This document shows, piece by piece, positions 51,901 to 62,458 of a stretch of DNA of 63,704 nucleotides. The DNA lies in the NCBI GenBank assembly GCA_013239625.1, contig MU054029.1, forward strand, positions 17,613-81,316, given 5' to 3'. The notes below the pieces were generated by a model. The model worked only from the letters and a program-made list of their open reading frames with translations, did not search any database and was not told the origin of the DNA. The translations under genes and the position numbers were made by a program. The DNA comes from Lama guanicoe (taxonomy: Eukaryota). How positions within the stretch are numbered: the first letter of the stretch is position 1; the number at the start of each line of letters is the position of its first letter.

Positions 51901-53646
51901 CCAAGAGGGAGAAAAAGTGGAGGTACTAGTACTTATTTTATATTTCCCATGTACCAGGTGCGGTAAGCAAGCCACTTCAGACAAGGCCCAGAACAACCAC
52001 GTAAATAGTCCACAGAGCAAGTCGTGCAGTCAGGCCTCTGCAGCCCCAAAACCCGTGTCCTCATCAGTTCCGTAATTACCAGTGGAAGTTGTAGGGATTT
52101 ATGGGACTGTGTGCTCCTGTGGGGGCTGGGATGTGTGTGTTTAAATCCAAATCTTCAGAAACTCGTCTAGAACCACAGCCACTGATTTTCTGCATGGAGG
52201 CAGAGGAGGGGAGGCTTCCAGCCTCTGGTCCAGCTTGTGAGGAGCTCAGAAGTTGCTCCTTCTGTCCTGAAAACAATACCAGAGCTGAGGGAGCTGAAAA
52301 CTAACTGCTCTTCTTAGATCCACAAGAAAACTGAGGGGGAAAGCTGCTCCCAACACAGAGAGGCAGCCGGGCAGGCATGGAGAGTCACAGCTCCCAGGGA
52401 AGGACAAGCTTTTGTAAGAACCCAGGGAGCAGGCAGTTTTAACAGGTCCCTGAGGCCAGCGGGAGGCTCAGCGTGGGGAAGTCTGAGTGTGAAAACTCCA
52501 GGGGGCCAGTCAGAGGGGCCCCCTGCTCTTTTTCATGCATTTTACCTCCAGGACCATACCCTGTTCTCAGAGTGAAGATCATAGGAAAACTCCTCATGAT
52601 TCCTGCCAGGAAAGGAAAAAATAGCTCTATTGAAATACACCCAGAACATTCTCTTCCATTGTGGGGGGTTGTGTTTTGCTTTGTTTTTTTTTTTTCATGA
52701 GAAATTATTTTACCAGAGCCTAACCTACCTAGGGGAAGGGAAAAACCTTCTGTGTCACCCAAATTTGGGTGGGGGGGAAGAGACACACTTGTGGAGGTCA
52801 CAGCTCAGGGCACATGCTCAATGAGAACAAATCACAGGACTACAGATGCCCTAATTTGTCCCACTCCCACAACATCTTACCTCCATGTCAGTAGGGCCCC
52901 TGTGCAATGACAGGAATAAAATTAAAAGAAGTAAATGTCTCAGGAGTGTCTAAGGAAAACCCAAAGACAGCGGGGAGATGAAAACAAGGACACACAGGCG
53001 GCTTTAGCCTCTCGCACGAATAGCTGTAGCAAACTACACACAGCCAAGCCCCAGTAGATAAACAGAAAACCTCACAGAAGAAACTGTTTATTTTTGTTCT
53101 CTTACCCAGTGCATTCCATGGTGCATCCTCGCCTAGAATGGAGTGGAAGCAAGCCTGGGTTAGAGAAAGGTGAGTGGTGGGGTAGGGGGTGGGCTGCCTT
53201 CTTCCCCAAATAAGGAACCTTCCTGGGGTCAGCAGAGTGGGAGGGAGGGCCATGGGGTGTAAGCAGCCAGACTTCTTCCTGAGAAGTGATAGGATGCCTC
53301 TAAAGGACCTTTCAGGTGCCCAAACTGGGTCCTGACGGTGGGAGCCAGTTGGTCTGCCTCAGAGCCCAGGACAGAGGTGGGCGCACAGCAGGCCGGTCTT
53401 ACTTGGCCGGATCCATTTCACTTCTCCGAAGCCCTGTGTAAAACATGAAGCGTGGACGGCCTGGTGAGCACAGCTCTGCCCTCAAGACCGGTTTCAACTC
53501 CTCTCTTCCCAGAGAACAGCATCTCTGAGCCTGTCCTGGGTGACCTCACAGAGATCACCCTAGTGGCCCAGGCTAGTGACCGGGAACATGTAACTTCCTG
53601 CAGCCAACCCCAGACGTCCACTGATGCATCACATACTGGCAAAGAT
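45994..53646 (+). other. Chain of exon-like segments of an unidentified gene (45994-46074, 49558/49619-49705, 50049-50088, 51195/51260-51317, 53110-53169, 53513-53646)
   Basis: Each segment is bounded by an AG acceptor (mostly polypyrimidine-rich) and a GTRAG donor. Several are phase-1 symmetric and open (DGVPIPAQSSLCMDAEGPGSLEFLSLS; HSMVHPRLEWSGSKPGLEK; ENSISEPVLGDLTEITLVAQASDREHVTSCSQPQTSTDASHTGKD). No homology recognised. Confidence 0.4.
48780..48900 (+). mobile_element. tRNA-derived SINE (vic-1-like) with TSD
   Basis: gtagctcagtgatagagc (A box)...gggttcaaacc (B box), A-rich tail, and flanking duplication aaaagcata(c/a)attg. Confidence 0.85.
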
Positions 53647-53714
53647 GTGAGTCCCTTTCCATTGTTCTAACAGCAGAGACTCTGCCACAGGCCCAAGAGG
53701 TTGTGTGTGGGACA

Positions 53715-53890
53715 TGCAGGGGTGCAGGAGTGTACGCAGTGCAAAGGTGTAAGTGGTGGCAGGGGTGCAGGGGCTGTTGAGGGTGCAGGCAGTTCAGGGG
53801 ATCTGGGGGTGCAGGCAGTGCAGAAGTGCAGAGAGTGGCAGGGGTGCAGAGGTACAGGGAGTGTAGGGGTGCAGGTAGGTGCTCAGGCAC
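53715..53890 (+). repeat. (GCAGGGGTG)-like short G-rich tandem repeat
   Basis: Many degenerate gcaggggtg/ggtgcagg words in tandem. Confidence 0.8.
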
Positions 53891-53924
53891 GTGGCCAGGA
53901 TCAGAAGGCAAGTGCACATCCTCG

Positions 53925-56050
53925 CAGTCAGCCTGACCCTGGGAGGTTAGTGCAATGGTTTGGGGCGGCGGCAGTGGCAGAGTGTGGGAGGCTGCACGGG
54001 GAAGCCGGTCAATTTCTTCTCCTCCATGCAGCCTGGCCTGGGGGGGCCTTGGCTGCCGGAGATTCGTCAGATGTTGGAATCCAGGTAAGCTTGCTCCTGG
54101 GAGGTGGGGCGGTTAGGTCAGAGGGCGGCTGCAGCGGCAGAGGGGCGAGGCGGGAATGCACCCGGCGAACTGGTGGAATAGCTGCCTTTTCCTGGCTGCT
54201 GGGCCTGGGAGCGGCGTCTGCTACCCCAGGTCGCCGGACACACCTGTCCCACTCAGCTTGCTGAGTGGGGAGAGTGGAAGGTGCCATTAAGGGGCGGGGC
54301 CCATGGGGTGAGGGGTGCTGCCACGGGGGAGCCGGTCAATTCGCTCTGCTCTCCCCCATGGGGGAGCCTGGGAGCGGCCTCCGCTGCCCTAGAGGTGGGA
54401 TGCCAGTCTCCAGGTGAGCTAGCTCCTGGGAGGCGGGGGCAGCGGCGCCAGGGGGATGGGGACCGTTCCAGGGAGCTGCTCCATTTCTTCTCTCCCCCAT
54501 GGCCTGGCCTGGGGGTGGCCTCTGACGCCGGAGATTTGCCTGAGGTCCAACTCGAGGTGAGCTTGCTCCTGGGAGATGGGTGCGGTGCGGTCAGGGAGCT
54601 GGTAAGTTTGTGGCTGCGGAGCTAGGAAGGCTGCCCCGTGGTAGCTTGTGGATTAGCTCCATGTCTGCACCGTGTGGCCTGCAGGTGGCCTCTGCTGCCC
54701 CAAGTTCCGGGACACCCCTGTCCCACTTAGCCAACTTGGGGCGGGAGGCAGGATAGTCAGGGTGCAGGGGTGGCGGGGGTCGGGGGCTTACAGAGGGGAA
54801 GCTGGCCCATTTGCTCCCATCATCCCCATGGCTTGTCCTCGGGGTGGTCACTGTTTCCCTGGGTTATGAAACACGTGTATCCTAGTCAACCTGACCCTGG
54901 GAGGCGAGCGTGGTACATTGGGGGTGGTGGCACCAGCGGCGGGTTTTCCCATGAAGCTGGTCCATTTGCTCCCATTTCCCCTCATGGTTTGCCCTGGGGG
55001 CGGTCCCTATTGCCCCAAGTTCACTGGACGTCCATCTCTAGGACAGCCTGCTCCCTAGAGGAGGCCACAGTGAGGTCAGGGTTCAGGAGCGGTGGCTGAT
55101 GTGGGGGATGGGGATGCCTTGGGGAGTTGGTGGATTTGTTACAATCTCCCCAATGGCCTGGTGTAGAAGTGGCCTCTCCTTCCCCAGATCTGCAGACACA
55201 CCTGTCCCATTCAGCCTGCTGGGGAGGGGAGCCATGGGCGGTGCCTTTAAGTTGCGAGGGTGGCGACGGTGGGGGTAGAGGACCCGCAGCACGGAGCTTG
55301 TCAATTTGCTCCCCTCTTCCCCGTGGACAATCCTGGGGGCGTCCTCTGCTGCCCAAGAAGCCAGATGCCCGTCTCCAGGTCAGCTTGCTCCTGGGAGGCG
55401 GACCCGATGAGGTCGAGGGGCAGGGGCAGCTGCGACAGCCTGATTCCCTGCCCTGCTGCCCCACCTAATGGGGCCACTTCTTCTCCTTTCCCCTGACCTG
55501 GCCTGGGGATGGCCTCTCCCACCCAAGATTTGCCTGACACACCACACCAGGTCAGATTGCTCCTGGGAGGTGGGCGCGTTGAGATCAGGGGGTGGAGAGG
55601 AGAGGGGTGCTGCCTATTGCGAGCTGGAGGATAAGCTCCCATCTCTCTGGAGGCCTGATGTGGGGGCGGCCTCTGCTGCCTCTCGTTCTCAGGTCACCCT
55701 TCTCAGGGTCATAATGTCCTGCGGGTGCATTAAGGTGCGGGGGCAGTGGGGTGAATACGAGGTTATGGAGACTGTCACTTGGGAGCTAGTACTTTAGCTC
55801 CCATCTCCCCAGCAGCTTGGCCTGGGGGCAGCCTCTGTTGCCCCAGGTCTCAAAGCACAGTTTCCCTGACAGCTTAGCCACCGGAGGTGGGCAGGATGTG
55901 CTGAGGGGGTGGAGGCAACAGCCAAGGCAGTGACATAGGGGGCTGTCCCAGGCCAGCTGGTCTATTTGTTCCCATCTCTAACTTTGCTGCCTTAGTTTCA
56001 CAGGACGTCCTTCTCCAGTTTATCCTTCTCCTGGGAGGTGGGCGCAGTGC
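53925..56050 (+). repeat. GC-rich ~160-bp tandem array (~13-14 monomers) with higher-order structure
   Basis: The anchor cagc(t/c)tgctcctgggagg or a variant occurs at 53929, 54087, 54254, 54416, 54559, 54728, 54887, 55044, 55212, 55381, 55553, ~55710, ~55870 and ~56021 (mean spacing ~161). Confidence 0.9.
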
Positions 56051-57842
56051 ATGCAGCCCAAGGTCTGGGCTCTCCCCTGGGGAGGGGAAGAACTCTCTTG
56101 TTCTCCTTTGTCTTTATTCTTCAGCAAAGGTGTTACTTGACTCAATTCTCAATCCTGAGACAGTGTAGCCTGTGTTACGGAAGAGCTGCTGTACAGTGTG
56201 GTTTCTAGGTGGGTTTTCACATCAGCTGATGCCCAAGGCAGGCAGGAAAGCTATTACTCAGAGCTTCTTAGTGTGGAGTTGGGGGATGGTCCCGCTGTCC
56301 TCACCATACTTATTAAAAATGTGTTACTCCCCTCTATTTCCTAGGTGAAATTTTAGGTTAATGGGTCACAGATTGCTGACACACTCATCCCTGTTCTCAA
56401 ACATCTTTTAAACTTGGGTGAAGTGATAAGTAGGGGAAGATGATTTACTGAAAGGTAAGAATACTTAAATTCGCATTAAAGCTACATTCTGTCAATCTTT
56501 CTAAAATGATTTTCCTCTGATTCTAAATCCACGACAATTTTATACTCCTGTGTAAATCGTTGATCTTCACATCACATTTGTTAAATGGTCAATGAGATTT
56601 TTTAAGTAGATTATTCCTGAAAGCAAAAGCTCAGGCTTTTGAGAATTCTTTGTCTGATTTCACCCAGGCAGTCACAGTAGAAGACAGAGCTGATATAAAA
56701 ATCCCTCAGCTGCCTGAACTGCAAAGCTTCTGGGATTACTGATCCCTGAAGTGCAGGTGACTCTTGATGATATTCTGGGGGATGGTTTATATGATCAGAT
56801 TCTTCCAGTCCTGTAAATGGGTTCTGTGGCCCCAGCTCCATGAGAACTGGTCATAAGGGCCATATCATGAGGGGTGGGATGGGAAGGCAAGTTGTATGAG
56901 CTGGAATCACTGAGATTCCACATTCGCTAAACACAGACTCCAGAGCCTAATTGTTGTCAGGTTCTGTTCTGGATTTGAGAGTGTGTTCAGACATGATTCT
57001 TGCCATTCAGGAGTCACTGCCTGGGTGGAAGTAACCTTTACACAAATCTGGGAAGGATGGCAATTAAGTAGATGGGCTGTTATGATTCTCAGTGTGCCCA
57101 GGCTTGCTCTTCCAGGCATTCGTGGGAGTAACGAGAGTCATGTTATTCACTCACTCACTGATTTATTACCCTTGAATTGATCATTCATCCCACAGTAAGT
57201 GAAACATGGTATCAGAAAGCTGAGTTTTGTCCCCTCTCCTAACACTGATTGTATCTGTCAGTAGGGCACCCTGCATATGCATTGTGAAATGGTGGTATTT
57301 CATGCCCAATGGGGCAGCATTGTCAGTTCTGAGAATCAGGGGAGTCTCGTGGGTAGGACAGCACCCTGACACACATGGCAACCCCTCACCACGTGAGACA
57401 GCATTGTCGATGCTCAGGTGACCCGATGTAGATGGCGATGTTAAACCTGAGCGTGTTTAGTTATTTTGGCGACTCTGAAAATACAGACTACCTGTCCCTA
57501 CCACTGAAGACACTGAGTGTACCCCAGAATTCTGCATTTTAAGAAGTACTTTAACTAATTCTGATGAAGATGTTCTGAGTGTCCCACTGAGAAAGAGTGT
57601 TGTGCGATACAGCAATATTGAGGATTCTCAGAGAACGATGTCTTTTCAGGATGGACCAAGGGCCCTCACTTGAGACTTTTGCCTTGTGTTTAAATTTATG
57701 TGTTCAGAAATGATGTCTCTCAATTCCAGTGCTTGTAAGCGTGCTATGTGCAGGGACTTGCACTCAGTAGATGGCAAAACTATGATTCTTCAGGTCACCG
57801 AGCTAGAGTGTGAGCAATATTTTATTTTGGTTTTCTTTATAG

Positions 57843-58232
57843 CAATGCAGAGTCTCCCGAGAAGAGATTCAGACTGAAAAGCTTTGTGTCAGACTTTGGA
57901 AGACCACTGGTGCCCAAGATGTTCTCTGGCAGTGCAGTGATGAATCTTGGTCCCTCTTTCACTGCTACATCAATGAAGTGGACCACTTGGACAAGGCCAA
58001 AGCTGGCATGTCAGACTTTGCCCTTGACAGTGATTTTCGGCTCCAGGAATCCATCAGATGCAGCAGGTGGCCAGAGGAGGAGCCGAACAGGCTCATGAAA
58101 TGTGACATCCCCAACTTCATCAACAAGGAGCAGAACTCTTCCTTTGGGGAAGATTATCTCCTGATTTTGGAACCACCAATTTTTCTAGAAGATAAACCAG
58201 TTTCTCAGACCTCACACAAAGACTTGAATTGA
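57843..58232 (+). pseudogene. MRAP2: MRAP2 terminal exon duplicate with internal frameshift
   Basis: Acceptor ttttctttatag. NAESPEKRFRLKSFVSDFGRPLVPKMFS in one frame, then SLFHCYINEVDHLDKAKA...LMKCDIPNFIN...EPPIFLEDKPVSQTSHKDLN* in another. Matches recalled MRAP2 NAESSEKRFRMNSFVSDFGRPLEPDKVFS...SLFHCYINEVERLDRAKA...SQTSHKDLD. Confidence 0.93.
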
Positions 58233-60044
58233 GAATTGTGCTTTGTCAAGTTTCTTTCTGAAGATGTGAAGTCTGTCTTTGTATGGCAGGAATTCCCCAT
58301 TCACAAAATTGTATGTGTTTGTGTCTGAGAGAGAGAAATGGAGACAGACAGAAAGATGGAGACAGAAGAGTGCCCCTTCAGAAGAGAGCTATTTAAGATG
58401 AGTTTTTGTGCCTTAAAAACATTTGGGGTTTTGTGGGGAACAAAGTATTTACACTTTCTCATTCTCCTAGTTGGAAACCTTGGCCCCATACTCAGTGTTA
58501 GCGGCCTTGAACAGGGGTTGGAATGGTGCATTTCATCTGGTGCTGCCACTTCCATGCTCTGCCTTTAGCATGTTGCTTTGCCTATCAGGGCTGACACCCT
58601 TTTATCTGTAAGGTGAGGAGTCTGGAGTAGGTGATCCATCCCAGCTCTGCTGTTTTGCAAATTTCTGTTCTCATATTCAAATGATGCTGGGATACACCCA
58701 GAGCAGTATAAACCAGGCCCTACCTCCTGCCTATTGCTGGGGCATCCCTCAGGTCTGTGCCTTCTACTCAACTCTTTACTGAGCCCAGCTTTTGTCAGGA
58801 ACCCAAGTACCTACCGAGATGGCAGGGGACGTCTCTCGTGATCACAGTGGCCACCATATCTATTGGTTGTGCTGAAACAGCTCTTCTGAGATCCCCCGGC
58901 CACCCTTGCTTAAACCTGAGGACAACACTGTTGTTTCTTTCCTAGGAGGAAGATCAATGCATGGTGTACATTATGACAATCTTGTGCCCAGGAATGCAAG
59001 GAAAGTTCTCAGCTGAGTGAGGGGTGGTGCCTCTGTGTCCCTGTGTCCCTGTATCTCTATCTGCTCACAGTGCCCTGCCACCGGCTACTGAGCAAGAAAA
59101 GTGCTATTCACTATGATGTGTGTTTTGCAGTCGCGTAGGTGATAGTCGTGTGGCTCCTGTGTGGGCTTTGAGCTGGGATGTTGAAGAGCTTATAAATATC
59201 TCATCAACATGTATTTGAGGTGGACTGGTGCCACACAGACTTGATTCATGAAGGCATCAAGCCTGTTCACTGGTTTAGAAACAACTTGGTTTTGATCAGT
59301 CACACTGCATGCATGACTCGCTGCTAATCTCTGGGTGGTTTTTTCATTTTAGATTTGATCACCCAGTGTCTTGCTTATGCTGAAAAATATTTTTATTTCA
59401 TAAGAATATTCTCTGATTCTTTGTTTTCACACATCAAGTTTTTTAATTCCTTTAAAAATTGTTCTGTGTTTATAATGCCTCCTTATTTCTATCATCTCTA
59501 GGTTCCCAGTGGCCTGAGCCATTCATCAAATTTTATGTAGGAACCATTCCACCAAAAGAAATCCCCTCGTCATAATACCTTTTGAGGAAAATATTATTCT
59601 TTAAGACTCTAACACTAAATCGTAGAACAAGCATGGAACATTTCTTGTAGTTAATACATGTTCATGCAAAAAGAAACTTGATATTTTCATTGAAGAATGT
59701 TGATTTTAATAACTTTTACTAATGTGAATATTATTATTCATAATTTAAGTAACAGAAAAAAAACACAGTTATTTATTATTAAGATTGAAAACTATTTACA
59801 CAGTCTTTTAATTAGAAGACTGAAGTGTATTTAAAAGATGGAAAAATACCCATGATGACACCATCTTTTTTATTAACTAAATATCAAGAACTGTGCAGGG
59901 TTAAGATTTGACCACCTGCAAGCTGCCAAGTTAGCATGAGGTAGTTTGTGGATGCTGCCAGAAGACAGGACACTCCCCCAGGATCAGAGACAAAGAACTT
60001 CCTGCCAGCACAGCAGGCAGCCTGTGGTTCATGTTCATGTTGGT

Positions 60045-60500
60045 TCCTGAGTTCCTTTCCTATTGCTGTTGTAACAAAGGACCACAGACTTAGTGGCTTA
60101 AAGTTACACACATCCATTTTCTCACTGTTCTAGGGTGCAGAAGTGTGAAGTCAATGTCAGTGGGCTAAAACCAACGTGTGGCCAAGGCTCCATTCCACAC
60201 CGAGGCTCTTGGGAGGGATTCATCTTCCTACCTTTCCCAGCTTGCAGAGGGGCTCACACTCCTTGGCCCAGGGCCCTGTGTCACTGTGACTTCTGCTGCC
60301 ACTTCACATCTCTGTCTCTGACCAATCTGCCCGTCTCCTCTAAGGACCTCCGTGATGATGTTTGCTTTCCCACTGTGATCTGCCATCCCAAGGTCCTTGA
60401 CAGTCACACCTGCAGATTCCCTTTTGCCATGCACAGTGACATATTCCCAGGTACTAGGTATCAGACCGTGGACATATTGGGGGCCATTATTCTACCAAGT
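60045..60500 (-). mobile_element. MaLR LTR (MLT1-type)
   Basis: tttcctattgctgttgtaacaaaggaccacagacttagtggcttaaa...gggggccattattctacc. Confidence 0.75.
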
Positions 60501-60944
60501 TGTTCNNNNNNNNNNNNNNNNNNNNNNNNNNNNNNNNNNNNNNNNNNNNNNNNNNNNNNNNNNNNNNNNNNNNNNNNNNNNNNNNNNNNNNNNNNNNNNN
60601 NNNNNNNNNNNNNNNNNNNNNNNNNNNNNNNNNNNNNNNNNNNNNNNNNNNNNNNNNNNNNNNNNNNNNNNNNNNNNNNNNNNNNNNNNNNNNNNNNNNN
60701 NNNNNNNNNNNNNNNNNNNNNNNNNNNNNNNNNNNNNNNNNNCTCAAAATCCTGGCTTCTCATTTCACTCAGTGAAGAAGCTAGAGTCCTTATGGTGACC
60801 TTACAGCTTTCCTCCCCCTCCGCAAGCTGAGCTCATCTCCGGTTTTCTCCATGGCTCACTCCACTCCAGCCACACTGGCCTCCCTGCTGGCTCTTGGGGA
60901 CATCAGACATGCACCCACAGGCCTGTTGCCCTGGCCGGTCTCTG

Positions 60945-61322
60945 TCAAAGTCATATGCTGAACCCCCAGGACTGCAGAACATGACACCATTTGGTAATAG
61001 GGTTGTTGCAGATGTAATTGGTTAAGATGAGGTCAGTAGGGTGGGCCCTAATCCAGTATGACTTGTGTCCTGATAAAAAGGGGCAACATGGGCACAGACA
61101 CGTGTACATGGGAGATGACGTGATGAGATGTGGAGAGAAGATGGTCGTCTCCAAGCCAAGGAGAGAGGCCTGGACCAGCCTCTCCCTGCCAGCCCTCAGG
61201 ATGAACCAGCCCTGCTGACACCCTGCCTGCAGACTCCCCGCCCCCAGGGCTGTGAGACAGTGAACCTCTGTGGTTCCTGTCACCCAGTGTGCGGTGCTAT
61301 GTTAGAGGAAGCTCAGCAACTA
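60945..61322 (+). mobile_element. MaLR LTR (MLT1B-like)
   Basis: gcagatgtaattggttaagatgaggtca...gggccctaatccagtatgact...caagccaaggagagaggcct. Confidence 0.8.
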
Positions 61323-62458
61323 GCACTCCCTTCTGAAGGTCTTCAGTAAGGCCAGCTCTGGCCATCTCATTTTAAATTGGAAATTGCCTTCCCCTTGTCT
61401 TTGCCCCAGAAACTGCCTCTTCCTGATCATATTATTTCTATCACCTTCTAGAATATCATATATTTCACATGACTGTCACGACTGTAGTTTATATTCTGCT
61501 CTTCCTCACTCCTACAGGGAAAAGGATCCTTATTTGTTCACTGACGGTCCTCAGCTGTTTTGGCCACTACTCGTGGCACAGCATCAATACAAATTGGCCA
61601 CATGCAGGGAGGGATGATTCCTTACATTCACAGAGGAGTGAACGAGGATTCTGGGGGACTGAGTGTTTTGCTCAGGCATAGAGCTGGTAAGTGTCAGGCC
61701 AAGGTGGGTTTCAGGTACCTATGAACCTGAGGGAGGCTTGAGTGATTACCTTTCCATTGATTAGTATTTCTCAGGTTTCTCTTTTTCTGGCTCTAAATTT
61801 TGACCTCTTTCTGTTATTTTTCTAAGCTTTCAACCAGTTTTAAGTTTCAATTAGCTTTGTCTCAGGTAAATGAAATCTGAAAATTTTTTATTCATTATTT
61901 ATTTCATCTAAATACATTGTGATTAGTGATAATGTTTTATTTCTGGCATCTTGTTTTGTGATTTCTATTTGCTTTGCTCTGCTTTTCTCTTGCCTGTTAT
62001 ATATCTTGCAGTCATGGTAAAGGGCATGGCGTCTAGACACTGCCTATCTGGGATTGATTTCCTCACTTGCTAACCATGTAACCAGGATATTTAATCACTT
62101 TGAGACTCAGTTTCTTCATATAAAAAAGTGGTAATATACACCTCAAAGACTGTGAGCATTAAGTGATAAAATATATGAAGAACTTAGAATAGTGACCGGC
62201 CTATTTTGCATTCTTCATTTTGACTTCTTTATTTTCATTCTCTTCTAAACAATTAAATTAGAGATTACTGTTGAATTTTAATGAACACCCTAGATATTGA
62301 AGATTAAAATGTTACTTAACTCATACATTGAATGTTATATACCAAATGATATCTGTATTTTGTTTCCATAAGTTCTGTATAGTTCTTTAAAAAATTGATC
62401 TGTCTTCTTTTTCATGTTGTCCTTATTGTTCACTATGTTATATAAGATTCATTTTATC

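Noticed and set aside
53701..55797. Many overlapping 60-190 aa ORFs (also at 11.4-12.9 kb and 43.7-45 kb)
   Set aside because: Explained by GC-rich repeats and CpG islands, which are poor in stop codons.
53925..56050. CRISPR-like repeat-spacer array
   Set aside because: Mammalian DNA; whole monomers are homologous and degenerate, with no identical repeats, unique spacers or cas genes.
57843..58232. Functional orthologous MRAP2 gene
   Set aside because: There is a frameshift in the native frame, and no upstream MRAP2 coding exons (YEYY motif, transmembrane segment) were recognised in the window.
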